Numbered from the stretch's first letter, positions 1 to 9,693 are shown. The stretch is 64,000 bases of DNA from an uncultured bacterium (GCA_965662845.1 CBFIJD010000010.1:6506-70505), one strand, 5' to 3'. The notes: generated from the sequence alone by a model not told the origin. Program-made: numbers and translations.

Positions 1-732
1 CTCGGGGCGCACCAGCTCCACGTTCAAGCCCGCGTCTTGGATCGCCTTGCTCAGGGCGTTCATGTTTGCTTCGACCGTCTCACCTTTGATGGTCGTGAAG
101 TTCACCGTGCGTGAGCCTTCGGTGATCGTGATCTGCTCTCCTGCGTCAATGAGCGCGTTGTTCAGCGCCACGGTGCCGGTCACCTGCGCCCGTCGAGCGG
201 CTTGGGTGATGTCCACGCTGTAGCCTTCGGCTCCAGAGCTCTGCGTCGCTTGCGTCGCGCCGACGAACTCCAAGTTGGTGCCTGAGGTCACCCCAGAGGC
301 GCCTTTGCTGCCATCAAGTAGACGCTTTGTCCCGTATTGAGTGTTCATCGCGATGCGGTTGACCGTCGCTAAGATGTTGTCGATCTCCTGCTGATCTGCG
401 CGCAACATGAAGTCGTCGTTGACGGCCTCGTTCGCCGCGTGCACGGCCAACTGACGAGCGTTGATCAGCGCGGAGCTGACCTCATCCAAAGCCGCCTCTG
501 CGGTTTGTACTAAGGAAATGCCCGCTTCGGAGTTGTCGATGGCTTGGCTCAGCCCCGCCGTTTGTGCTCGCAAGCGCTCTGAGATTACGAGCGCCGCCGG
601 TCCGTCAGCCCCTCGGTTAATCTTCAGCCCCGAAGACAAGCGCTCCATCGTCTTCGCTTGCTCAGTGTTGTTGTTGATCAGGTTGCGGTGAGTGTTGATC
701 GCCGCCATGTTGGTGTTGACACGAAGTGACAT
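1..732 (-). CDS. fliC: Flagellin (5' part; runs off window start)
   Basis: Manual translation from ATG at 732: MSLRVNTNMAAINTHRNLINNNTEQAKTMERLSSGLKINRGADGPAAL..., near-identical to neighbouring flagellins; AAGGA RBS; absent from ORF track because truncated. Confidence 0.95.
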   Translation of the reverse strand, partial: MSLRVNTNMAAINTHRNLINNNTEQAKTMERLSSGLKINRGADGPAALVISERLRAQTAGLSQAIDNSEAGISLVQTAEAALDEVSSALINARQLAVHAANEAVNDDFMLRADQQEIDNILATVNRIAMNTQYGTKRLLDGSKGASGVTSGTNLEFVGATQATQSSGAEGYSVDITQAARRAQVTGTVALNNALIDAGEQITITEGSRTVNFTTIKGETVEANMNALSKAIQDAGLNVELVRPE

Positions 733-790
733 GGTTCATCCTTGATGGTTGTTGTGTGTATAGAGTTGTGCAAAACAACTCTGCTTACGT

Positions 791-812
791 TCAAACACTT
801 CCCTGTGTCTGA
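791..812 (-). promoter_or_regulatory. Putative CsrA/RsmA-binding hairpin in flagellin leader
   Basis: Minus strand TCAGACAC-AGGGAA-GTGTTTGA: 8-bp stem (one G-U) with ANGGA hexaloop, ~60 nt upstream of ATG. Confidence 0.7.
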
Positions 813-1118
813 CTTGTAGAGAAATTAGCCCGCGCTGGTGCACGGACATCTTGGAGTTGGGAAGACTTCTATGCAGATTGGCTCTCGCCAGAAGATCTCC
901 CAGCTCGTGGCCTGAGTACAGGCGGAGGTCGCTGATCACGACTTCCGGATCTACTCACCCAAATCAGCCGGTTCTCCCTTCTTTCTTACGAAGGGTTGCA
1001 CGCTGTTTCGCAATGCTCATAGGGGCTCTTCTCCATCTGCTCAGGATTTGTGTGAGCATCTCTGGCACACGCCAAGCTGAGCCACCTGTGAGAAACGGAT
1101 GAACACTTGAAAAAACTA

Positions 1119-1143
1119 GATAATCTTAGAAATCAAGATTATC
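1119..1143. repeat. 9-bp perfect inverted repeat (operator-like)
   Basis: GATAATCTT-agaaatc-AAGATTATC in an AT-rich patch. Confidence 0.6.
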
Positions 1144-1201
1144 CCGAAAATGATCATTAACTCGGTCGAGGTCACACCTAAGAAGCTTCTGGGAGTGACC
1201 A

Positions 1202-1415
1202 GAGGTCAGCGAGATGGTGCGGAGGTTCCGACCTCTGCGACCTCTTCAAGTGTGTTTGACGAGCCTCGGCCCTCGCGATGGCGTTCGCTCTCTCAATGAC
1301 AGGAGAGCGAGGTCAGCGAGATGGTGCGGAGGTTCCGACCTCTGCGACCTCTTCAAGTGTGTTTGACGAGCCTCGGCCCTCGCGACGGCGTTCGCTCTCG
1401 AAATAACAGGAGAGC
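1202..1415. repeat. 107-bp direct tandem duplication (2 copies)
   Basis: GAGGTCAGCGAGATGGTGCGGAGG...AGGAGAGC begins at 1202 and again at 1309; the few differences are mostly in a hairpin loop. Confidence 0.95.
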
Positions 1416-1766
1416 GCGGATGCAGTGTCCGTGGGTTGAGGTTCTTCTCCCTCAGAGGGGTGGGCCACGCAGCTGGACGAGTTAGTCCCTGCTCGCGATG
1501 CGGCCTGACGACCACCCCACTTTGGCCGGGCGTACTTCTCCCAAGGAGGGGGAAAGCAGCGGCGCCGTCTCCAATTCTTGAGGGGGCCACCTCAGAGGCG
1601 TGTGCTCCAAGACACCGCGCAACTCCACAGCTGCGAAGAGCGCTCCTGCATCTCCGAGAAGAGAAGATCACATCTCAGAGGCGCGTTCGCTCTTCTTTGA
1701 GGATTTTTGAACGCGCAATGGCCGGGCTGCCGAAATTTCAAAGATCACATTCCTCACCTGCGAACA

Positions 1767-1809
1767 GATTGTTAAGGGAGCACATCTCTCACATGATCCC
1801 TTAACAATC
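1767..1809. repeat. 13-bp perfect inverted repeat downstream of flagellin 2 (terminator or stabilising stem)
   Basis: GATTGTTAAGGGA-N17-TCCCTTAACAATC. Confidence 0.75.
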
Positions 1810-1853
1810 GGCAGCAGAGGCTGGCGAGCCGCGCCCGCCAGTCAGCTGATGGA

Positions 1854-3455
1854 TTATGCGAGCAAAGCCAAGATGGACTGAGCACGCTGGTTGGACTGAG
1901 CCAACATCGCCGTCGCGCTGTCGGTCATGATCTGATTGCGGGTGAACGCGGTCATCTCTTCGGCCATGTCCGCGTCGCGGATCACAGACTCTGAACTCAT
2001 CACGTTCTCGTGCGCAATCCGCAGATAGTTCAGGTTGCTCTCTAGGTTGTTCTTCTGGAAAGCGCCCATCTCTGCTCTGGTGGAGGAGACTTCTTCTAAG
2101 GCTCGATCTAAGACCCGCATCGCATCTTGGGCTTTCTCTGCGCTGGTCACATCGATCTCAGCGAGAGAATCAAAACCGGACTCGTTCGCGACTCCAGTTC
2201 CCAAGCTATCAGTGCGCATGTTCCGCAGAGAGATCGAGGTGGTCTGCTCGGCGTTGGAGCCGATCTGGAACACCAGAGAGTTCTGAGCGATGGTGACTGA
2301 ACCTGCGCTGACTCTTGGCAAGTTACCGATGAGAGTTTGTGACGCCTGCGGACGACTCAAAATCACATTTGTTGGATCTTCGACGGTGCCTTCCGCAGAG
2401 CCAGGCTGAGGAGGCTCGGTCTGTGGCTGAGGAATGTCAGGTCGTTCCGGTTGACCGGGCAATGATCGTCCGGTGTAGCGGATGCTCAGACCTTCGGTGT
2501 TGGCGTTGCCCGCGTTGCCGGTCAGGATCTGACCTATCCCCGTGGCTTCCTCACCGTTGATTTCCCCTTGAACGTCTAGCCCGTTTTCGATGGTGTCATA
2601 GACATCACCGTCGGTCGAAAGCAGCCCTGCAGTCGAGCTGGACACGGTGAAAGAGTGCTCGCTTCCGTACTCTTTGTGGCGCACGCTCAAAATTTGCGGA
2701 GCGTTTGCGTCAGTGATCCGCTCTTCTGGACGTATTAGCTCTACGTTGAGCCCGGCATTGTTGATCGCTTTCGTCAAAGCGTTCATGTTGGTTTCAACTG
2801 TCTCGCCCTTAATGGTCGTGAAGTTGACGGTTTTGGAGCCTTCAGTGATGGTGATTTGCTCCCCAGCGTCAATGATCTCATTGGTCAACGCTACGGTGCC
2901 GGTCACTTGAGAGCGGCGAGCGGCTTGGGTGATGTGCACTTCGTACCCGTTTGGCCCGGAACTTTGTGTTGCCTGCGAGGCTCCTACAAATTCGAGGTTG
3001 GTTCCAGACGTCACACCAGAGGCGCCCTTGCTGCCATCCAGCAAGTTTTTCGTTCCATACTGAGTGTTCATCGCGATGCGATTGACCGTTGCGAGGATGT
3101 TATCAATCTCGGATTGATCTGCACGCAACATGAAGTCGTCGTTGACGGCCTCGTTGGCCGCATGAACAGCAAGCTGACGCGCGTTGATCAGCGCTGCGCT
3201 CACCTCATCCAGGGCCGCTTCGGCAGTTTGCATCAATGAAACACCAGCTTCTGAGTTGTCGATGGCTTGTTTCAGCCCGGCGGTCTGCGCTCGTAAGCGC
3301 TCAGAGATCACCAACGCCGCTGGGCCATCTGCACCGCGATTGATTTTCAAACCTGAAGACAAGCGCTCCATCGTGTCCGCCTGCTTTGTGTTGTTAGTAA
3401 TCAAGTTCCGGTGTGTGTTTACAGCCATCATATTTCGGTTAACACGAAGAGACAT
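1854..3455 (-). CDS. fliC: Flagellin
   Basis: Flagellin N-terminus (ERLSSGLKINRGADGPA) and C-terminus (ESVIRDADMAEEM...MLAQSNQ); AAGGAGG RBS. Confidence 0.97.
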   Translation of the reverse strand: MSLRVNRNMMAVNTHRNLITNNTKQADTMERLSSGLKINRGADGPAALVISERLRAQTAGLKQAIDNSEAGVSLMQTAEAALDEVSAALINARQLAVHAANEAVNDDFMLRADQSEIDNILATVNRIAMNTQYGTKNLLDGSKGASGVTSGTNLEFVGASQATQSSGPNGYEVHITQAARRSQVTGTVALTNEIIDAGEQITITEGSKTVNFTTIKGETVETNMNALTKAINNAGLNVELIRPEERITDANAPQILSVRHKEYGSEHSFTVSSSTAGLLSTDGDVYDTIENGLDVQGEINGEEATGIGQILTGNAGNANTEGLSIRYTGRSLPGQPERPDIPQPQTEPPQPGSAEGTVEDPTNVILSRPQASQTLIGNLPRVSAGSVTIAQNSLVFQIGSNAEQTTSISLRNMRTDSLGTGVANESGFDSLAEIDVTSAEKAQDAMRVLDRALEEVSSTRAEMGAFQKNNLESNLNYLRIAHENVMSSESVIRDADMAEEMTAFTRNQIMTDSATAMLAQSNQRAQSILALLA

Positions 3456-3518
3456 AGTTCCTCCTTGAATCTCATTTAAATGTTATTTCTCTTTTACAAG
3501 AAAAACGCACACTACGGT

Positions 3519-3538
3519 CTGGCACTTCCCTGTGTCAG
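3519..3538 (-). promoter_or_regulatory. Putative CsrA/RsmA-binding hairpin
   Basis: Minus strand CTGACAC-AGGGAA-GTGCCAG, ~64 nt upstream of ATG; same motif as at 791. Confidence 0.65.
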
Positions 3539-3692
3539 CCACGCAACATTCAAAGTTCGCTGAGATGCTTCACAGACGAACCCTTCTCGGACTTGGGAAA
3601 CGTTTGATACCCATTCCCAACTCCAGCCCGAAAAACATCAAATCCAGATTACTTTTGTTGTCTGGATTCATCCTTAGATTCTGTGGTTGCCA

Positions 3693-3725
3693 CCTCGCCT
3701 GAGTTGTTGCTTCGCTCAGACGAGG
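3693..3725 (-). terminator. Stem-loop just after flagellin 3 stop
   Basis: Minus strand CCTCGTCTGAG-N11-CTCAGGCGAGG; no clear U-tract, so it may be a stabilising or processing stem. Confidence 0.45.
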
Positions 3726-3736
3726 CGCATGCTCTC

Positions 3737-5320
3737 TTAGCCGATTAGCTGGAGAACAGACTGCGCACGCTGGTTCGCTTGAGCCAACATGGCGGTCGCG
3801 CTGTCGGTCATAATCTGGTTGCGCGTGAAGGCCGTCATCTCTTCGGCCATGTCGGCATCGCGGATGACCGACTCAGCGTTCGTCACATTCTCATGCGCAA
3901 TCCGCAGGTAGTTCAGGTTGCTCTCTAGGTTGTTCTTCTGGAAAGCGCCCATTTCGCCGCGAGTTGAGGAGACCTCTTCCAAAGCTCGGTCGAGGATTCG
4001 CATCGCGTCTTGGGCTTTCTCTGCGCTGGTCACGTCGATTTCCGCCAAGGAGTTGAAGCCAGATTCGTTGGTCACGCCCGTTCCTAAGCTGTCCGTGCGC
4101 ATGTTGCGCAGTGAGATTGACGTCGTCTGCTCGGCGTTGGAGCCAATCTGGAACACCAGGGATTTCTGGGCAACAGAGACGGTTCCCGCTTTGACGCGCG
4201 CAAAGTTGCCCATATCGGCTTGGGACAGCTGCGGACGGTTCACCCCATCGACCACGTTTCCAGCGGCAGGCTGTGGGGGCTGTGTGGTCGGCTGCGGCAG
4301 ATCTACCGGCTCCATTTGCCCAGGCAGCGCCTCACCGGTGTAGCGAATGCTCAGACCTTCTGTGCTCAAGTTCCCGCTGTTTCCGGTGAGAACTTGTCCT
4401 TTTCCTGTCGCTTCTTCGCCGTTGAGTTCGCCTTGAACGTCTAAGCCATTTTTAATTGTGTCGTAGACATTCCCTTCTGCTGAGAGCAGCCCTGCGGTCG
4501 TGCTAGAGACGAGGAATGAGTGCTCGCTACCGAACTCTTTGTGGCGAATGCTCATGATCTGTGGGGCGTTTGCGTCTGTGACTCGCTCCTCTGGCCGCAC
4601 GAGCTCGACGTTTAAGTCAGCTTCTTCAATCGCCTTGCGCAGCGCATTCAGGTTGGTTTCGACCGTTTCCCCTTTGATGGTCGTGAAGTTGACGGTCTTC
4701 GAGCCTTCGGTGATGGTGATTTGCTCACCAGCGTCGATGATTGCGTTGGTCAGAGCGACGGTTCCGGTTGCCTGAGACCGACGCGCCGCTTGCGTGATGT
4801 GAACGTCGTAGCCGTTGGGCCCGGAGGTCTTGGTTGCTTGCGTCGCGCCAACGAATTCCAGATCGGCTCCAGAGGTCACACCTGCGGCGCCCTTGCTGCC
4901 ATCCAGCAAGTTTTTCTTACCGTATTGTGTGTTCATCGCGATGCGGTTGACCGTTGCCAAGATGTTGTCGATCTCCTGCTGATCTGCGCGCAACATGAAC
5001 TCATCATTCACAGCCTCGTTCGCTGCATGGACCGCTAGCTGGCGTGCGTTGATCAACGCGGAGCTGACTTCGTCCAAGGCTGCTTCTGCGGTCTGCATCA
5101 AGGAGATGCCTGCCTCAGAGTTGTCGATGGCTTGGCTCAGACCTGCTGTTTGCGCGCGCAATCGCTCCGAAATCACGAGGGCGGCTGGGCCATCCGCGCC
5201 ACGGTTAATCTTGAGTCCAGAAGACAAGCGCTCCATCGTCTTCGCTTGATCGGTGTTGTTAATGACCAAGTTGCGGTGTGTATTGACGGCCGAAATGTTG
5301 GTGTTGACTCGAAGTGACAT
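3737..5320 (-). CDS. fliC: Flagellin
   Basis: Flagellin N/C domains; start reassigned to ATG at 5320 (MSLRVNTN) by homology with paralogs; AAGGA RBS. Confidence 0.97.
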   Translation of the reverse strand: MSLRVNTNISAVNTHRNLVINNTDQAKTMERLSSGLKINRGADGPAALVISERLRAQTAGLSQAIDNSEAGISLMQTAEAALDEVSSALINARQLAVHAANEAVNDEFMLRADQQEIDNILATVNRIAMNTQYGKKNLLDGSKGAAGVTSGADLEFVGATQATKTSGPNGYDVHITQAARRSQATGTVALTNAIIDAGEQITITEGSKTVNFTTIKGETVETNLNALRKAIEEADLNVELVRPEERVTDANAPQIMSIRHKEFGSEHSFLVSSTTAGLLSAEGNVYDTIKNGLDVQGELNGEEATGKGQVLTGNSGNLSTEGLSIRYTGEALPGQMEPVDLPQPTTQPPQPAAGNVVDGVNRPQLSQADMGNFARVKAGTVSVAQKSLVFQIGSNAEQTTSISLRNMRTDSLGTGVTNESGFNSLAEIDVTSAEKAQDAMRILDRALEEVSSTRGEMGAFQKNNLESNLNYLRIAHENVTNAESVIRDADMAEEMTAFTRNQIMTDSATAMLAQANQRAQSVLQLIG

Positions 5321-5387
5321 AACTCTTCCTTGAAAAATTTTGGTTGTTTCAGTGGGTGCCGAAAGATCGGTTTGGTAACCGAGGCCA

Positions 5388-5403
5388 GACACCTCCCTGT
5401 GTC
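5388..5403 (-). promoter_or_regulatory. Putative CsrA/RsmA-binding hairpin
   Basis: Minus strand GACAC-AGGGAG-GTGTC perfect stem, ~68 nt upstream of ATG. Confidence 0.7.
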
Positions 5404-5592
5404 AACCTCTGGGTGCGAAATTACATTCCCGCACATAGGGTACTGGACAAACAAGAACACCGTAGCCCATCTTGTATTGCGACTGTCCAGCGCGGAAGCT
5501 CTCTATTTGAACTACCGTTAGTGAGCCCTTCTATTGCTCGCAGAAGAGCCGAAAACGTTAGTTTATTGGGTTACTTCGATTATTTGAAAAAA

Positions 5593-7134
5593 CTAGTTCA
5601 GTAGTTGCAGCACTGCCTGAGGGCGCTGATTCGCTTGCGCCAGCATCGCGGTTGCCGATTCCATCATGATTTGGTTGCGCGTGAAGGACGTCATCTCTTC
5701 GGCCATGTCGGCGTCACGAATCACAGACTCTGCGTTCGTCGTGTTTTCAAATGCGTGCCGCAAGTAGTTCAGGTTGCTCTCTAAGTTGTTCTTTTGGAAC
5801 GCGCCCAAGCGGGCTCTTGTAGAGCTGACCTCTTCCAAGGCTCGGTCCAAGACCCTCATCGAATCTTGGGCTTTTTCGGCTGAGGTCAAATCCAATTCTT
5901 CCAACGAACCGAAACCGGAGTCATTTTTGACGCCTCTGCCCAGCGCGTTCGCGCGCATGCTTTGGATGGCAATCGCTGTGGTTTGCTCGGCGTTGGCTCC
6001 AATTTGGAAAGTCATCAACGTCTGGGAGAAGGTTACAGAGCCTGCGTCCTTGCCCACCCGATTTTGAATTTCCCGCTGAAATGCTGGCCGCGAGGTCTGG
6101 TGCAGAGGCATGCTTTTCAGGTCATGCTTGGTGTATCCCACGTCTTCGCCGGTATAACGAATCTGGAGTCCTTCCACATTTTCAGCGCCGTCTGTTCCGG
6201 TCAGGAGCTGTCCTTTTCCTGAGGCGACCTCGCCGTTGATTTCACCGCTCACATCCAAGCCATTTTGCACAGTGTCATAGACGTCGCTGTTTCGTGAGAG
6301 GAGCCCTGCGGTCGTGCTGGCGACAGTGAAGGAGTGCTCACTTCCATAATCCAGGTGTTGAACTTCCAGCATTTGCGGAGCGTTCGCGTCGGTTGTTCCT
6401 TGCTCAGGGCGATTGAGTTTCAAGCGCAGCCCCGCGTCCCTCATGGCTTTTTCCAAGGCATTCAGGTTGGTTTCCACCGTCTCCCCTCTAATCGTTTGGA
6501 AGTTTACGGTTTTGGAACCTTCCGTGATCGTGATTTGCTCGCCGCGATCGATGATCTGGTTGTTGAGCGCGACGGTGCCGCGAACAATCGCTTGGGTGGC
6601 GGCCTGCTGAATGCGCACTTCGTAACCGTTGGGCCCGGAGGTTTTGGTGTGTTCTGTGGCTCCGACGTATTCCAGATGTTCGCCAGAAGTCACTCCATTT
6701 CCGCCTTTGCTGCCATCGAGCAAGTTCTTCTTGCCATACTGTGTGTAGTTCGCGACTCGGTTCACCGTTGCGATGATGTTCTCTAGCTCTTGCTGGTCAG
6801 CTTGGAGCATGAACTCATCGTTGACCGCTTCGTTCGCGGCGTGAACCGCTAGCTGGCGCGCTACGATCAACGTGCGGCTCACTTCGTCTAGGGCAGCTTC
6901 TGCGGTTTGCATCAGAGAGATGCCCGCTTCGGAGTTGTCGATCGCCTGACTCAGCCCGCTGATTTGAGATCGCAGGCGCTCTGAAATTACGAGAGCGGCA
7001 GGGCCATCCGCGCCACGGTTAATCTTTAGCCCCGATGACAAACGCTCCATATTTTGGCGGCCAATTCGGTCGTTATTGGTGAGGTTTCTGTGAGTGTTCA
7101 CCGCAGAAACATTTGTATTGATACGTAAGGCCAT
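5593..7134 (-). CDS. fliC: Flagellin
   Basis: MALRINTNVSA...ERLSSGLKINRGADGPA; C-terminal IRDADMAEEM...LAQANQRPQAVLQLL; AGGAGG RBS. Confidence 0.97.
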   Translation of the reverse strand: MALRINTNVSAVNTHRNLTNNDRIGRQNMERLSSGLKINRGADGPAALVISERLRSQISGLSQAIDNSEAGISLMQTAEAALDEVSRTLIVARQLAVHAANEAVNDEFMLQADQQELENIIATVNRVANYTQYGKKNLLDGSKGGNGVTSGEHLEYVGATEHTKTSGPNGYEVRIQQAATQAIVRGTVALNNQIIDRGEQITITEGSKTVNFQTIRGETVETNLNALEKAMRDAGLRLKLNRPEQGTTDANAPQMLEVQHLDYGSEHSFTVASTTAGLLSRNSDVYDTVQNGLDVSGEINGEVASGKGQLLTGTDGAENVEGLQIRYTGEDVGYTKHDLKSMPLHQTSRPAFQREIQNRVGKDAGSVTFSQTLMTFQIGANAEQTTAIAIQSMRANALGRGVKNDSGFGSLEELDLTSAEKAQDSMRVLDRALEEVSSTRARLGAFQKNNLESNLNYLRHAFENTTNAESVIRDADMAEEMTSFTRNQIMMESATAMLAQANQRPQAVLQLLN

Positions 7135-7845
7135 CGCACCTCCTAATACAAACCTTAAAAAATTGGATTATCTAAATTACTCTTAGTAGCGTCAAAAAGT
7201 TGTTCAGCCTTCCATGCGATTCACGTCCAGCTTTGAAAGAACTTCTTCACGCTAATTCAGCCCTGAGGCTTCTGTGAGAACTCGCTTGAGAATGCTTCCA
7301 GCAGAAGCGAACTCTGGGCGCTCGCAGAGTCGTCATCCTCTCAAACTTCTGAGAGACAGAGGGTTTTCGCCGGCTGATTTGCAAGAAGGTGCCGTCTGCG
7401 CTTCAGCTCCTCGAGATCGCTCAGGCAAGAGTCGTCGAGCGCACTCGTTGGGTGCCAGCCTCTGCACATCCCAAGCTGTTGTCGTCCACATCGCTAGAGA
7501 CTGCGGCTCTCACGCCCAAACCGTCTCCCCTCTACAAAGAAGTCCTGAGTGGAAACTCTGAAACCAAATTGCCACTGCGGCTCTCCCGCTCAAACCGTCT
7601 CCCGTCTGCAGCGCGGAGTTTATCCAGACGTGCCTTGGGCAAAGGGCGCTCCTCGCAGAGGCAAATGCCTGACGTCCTGAGCTTGATCGGTCGTTATTCC
7701 GTCCTGAGAGGCGAACTTTGTTGTCAAAAAGCTCAACGCATTGGCGTAGCATTTACCTACGTCAATCCGTGTAGCTCTCTGTTCTAGCGGTGGTGCGCTG
7801 CGGGAGACAACGCTCCCGCAAACAAACCCAAGCTAATTACTTGAA

Positions 7846-9480
7846 TTACTGAAGTAACCGAAGCAGAGTGTTTGGCGCTTGGTTCGCCTGTGCCAGCATG
7901 GCCACGTTGGCCTCCATAATGATTTGGTTGCGAGTGTATTGTGCCATTTCTTCGGCGACGTCTGTGTCACGGATGACAGACTCCGCGTTGGTCACATTCT
8001 CGTGAGCCGTACGCAAGTAATTCAGGTTGCTTTGCAGGTGATCTTTCTGGAAGGCTCCCATGCTTGCGCGGTTCATGGACACTTCTTCGATGGCTTTGTC
8101 GATAATGCGAATCGCATCTTGGGCTCCTTGCGCGTCTGTCACGTCGATGTCGCTCAAAGAGCGGAAGCCTGAGAGGTTCTCAACAGCGCGCCCCAGAGCC
8201 TTTGAAGACATCTCTGCCAGGGAGTGCTTGACAGTTTGTCCTGCGTTGCCACCGATCTGGAAAATCATCGAGTTTTGCGTGACCGTGACGGTCCCTGCGA
8301 ATTCACCCGCCGCGTTCGCTTGAGTCCCTGTATAGCGCACAGCCAGCCCATCAGCTCGTGTCATGGACCCCCCGGTCAGGACTTGTCCCTTACCGAAAGC
8401 GATTTCGCCTTGGATTCTTCCGACGACGTCTTTGCCGTTTTCCACCAACGTTGGGTCGTCGCCGTTGACTCCGAGCAAGCCTGAAGTGGTGCTGGTGACC
8501 GAGAAGACTTCATCTGATCCAAACTTCTTGTGGCGCAGGGTCAAGACTTGCGGCTCATTCGCTGCCGTCTTGTTGGCTACGGCGCTGCGGATATCTTCTG
8601 CGGTCAAGCCGGCGTCTCGCAGCTCTCCGATGATTTCATTGTTTGCGAGCGCTTCCTCTAGCTGCCCTGAGTCATGATGCACGCCGATGAGTCGCTCACG
8701 CACAGACATGCGGATGTTGCGTTGTTCCAGCAGATTTTCCAGTTCCTTTTGGTTGGCTAACACCAAGTCAACTTCCATGTTGGAGTCGCTCAGTGTTTTC
8801 TTGAGCGCGTTGAGGTTGGTTTCGACGGTCTGACCTCGCATTGTGTTGAAGGTGATGGTCTTGCCGCCTTGTTCGACCGTAATTTGCTCACCGCGGTCGA
8901 TGATCTCTTGGTTGAGGGCGATGCTGCCTGAGATCTCTGCTCGTTTTGCGGCTTCCAAAATTTTCACTTTGAAGCCCCCCACTCCAGACGCTTTGGTGTT
9001 CTCACCCGCTTCGATGAACTCTAAGTTCTCTCCGCTCGTCACGCCGTTAGCTCCCATGCTGCCATCCAAAATCGCTTTTTTGCCATATTGTGCGGTCTTG
9101 GAGATGCGGTTGACGGTGGAGATCATGTTATCAATTTCTTCTTGATCAGCCTGCAACATCACGTCGTCATTGACGGCTTCGTTGGCAGCATGCACAGCCA
9201 GCTGGCGCATGTTGATCAAAGAGCGGCTCACTTCGTCCAGAGCAGCCTCTGCAGTTTGCATCAGAGAGATGCCCGCTTCGGAGTTGTCGATGGCTTGTCG
9301 CAGTCCGCTAATTTGCGAGCGCAGTTTTTCTGAGATCACCAAGGCCGCAGGTCCATCCGCGCCACGGTTGATTTTCATCCCCGAGGAGAGTCGCTCCAGT
9401 GTTTTGTTAGTGACGTCGTTGTTCTTAACTAAGTTACGGTGCGCGTTGAGAGCGGCGATGTTGTTGTTAATGCGCATCAT
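7846..9480 (-). CDS. fliC: Flagellin
   Basis: MMRINNNIAAL...ERLSSGMKINRGADGPA; C-terminal IRDTDVAEEM...AQANQAP. Confidence 0.97.
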   Translation of the reverse strand: MMRINNNIAALNAHRNLVKNNDVTNKTLERLSSGMKINRGADGPAALVISEKLRSQISGLRQAIDNSEAGISLMQTAEAALDEVSRSLINMRQLAVHAANEAVNDDVMLQADQEEIDNMISTVNRISKTAQYGKKAILDGSMGANGVTSGENLEFIEAGENTKASGVGGFKVKILEAAKRAEISGSIALNQEIIDRGEQITVEQGGKTITFNTMRGQTVETNLNALKKTLSDSNMEVDLVLANQKELENLLEQRNIRMSVRERLIGVHHDSGQLEEALANNEIIGELRDAGLTAEDIRSAVANKTAANEPQVLTLRHKKFGSDEVFSVTSTTSGLLGVNGDDPTLVENGKDVVGRIQGEIAFGKGQVLTGGSMTRADGLAVRYTGTQANAAGEFAGTVTVTQNSMIFQIGGNAGQTVKHSLAEMSSKALGRAVENLSGFRSLSDIDVTDAQGAQDAIRIIDKAIEEVSMNRASMGAFQKDHLQSNLNYLRTAHENVTNAESVIRDTDVAEEMAQYTRNQIIMEANVAMLAQANQAPNTLLRLLQ

Positions 9481-9563
9481 GGCTGTACTCCAGTGGAGGG
9501 TTTGTTAAGTCAAAATAGAATAGATAAACTTAGAAAACTTAAATAAGCTGAGTAACTCACATT

Positions 9564-9580
9564 AACCCTTCCAATGGGTT
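9564..9580 (-). promoter_or_regulatory. GGA-loop hairpin in flagellin 5 leader (possible CsrA site)
   Basis: Minus strand AACCC-ATTGGAA-GGGTT, ~84 nt upstream of ATG. Confidence 0.45.
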
Positions 9581-9693
9581 GAATTTGTGTTCTTGGGAGC
9601 GCAGCCCTGAACGTCCTATTCAGTGCGACGGCTGCATCCCGATCGAGTTCGGCCTGCTGCCCAGCAGAGAGCTACCGTGCAGCAAGTCGCTAT

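Noticed and set aside
1202..1415. Repeat considered as a CRISPR array
   Set aside because: Two contiguous 107-bp units with no unique spacers, and no cas genes in the window
736..1804. ORFs in the flagellin 1/2 spacer (67-141 aa)
   Set aside because: Overlapping on both strands, mostly R/S/P/A-rich, no recognisable RBS or domain; treated as spurious
5321..5392. N-terminal extensions given by the ORF track (also trpC 19822, nth 26865, lipoprotein 29228, MFP 34706, rsmA 50049)
   Set aside because: Homology, RBS position and overlaps with neighbouring genes support the downstream starts used here
5340..5410. c-di-GMP-I riboswitch in a flagellin leader
   Set aside because: Hairpins are present but the GGCAAAC..GAAA..GACGCAAA consensus is not seen in the sense orientation
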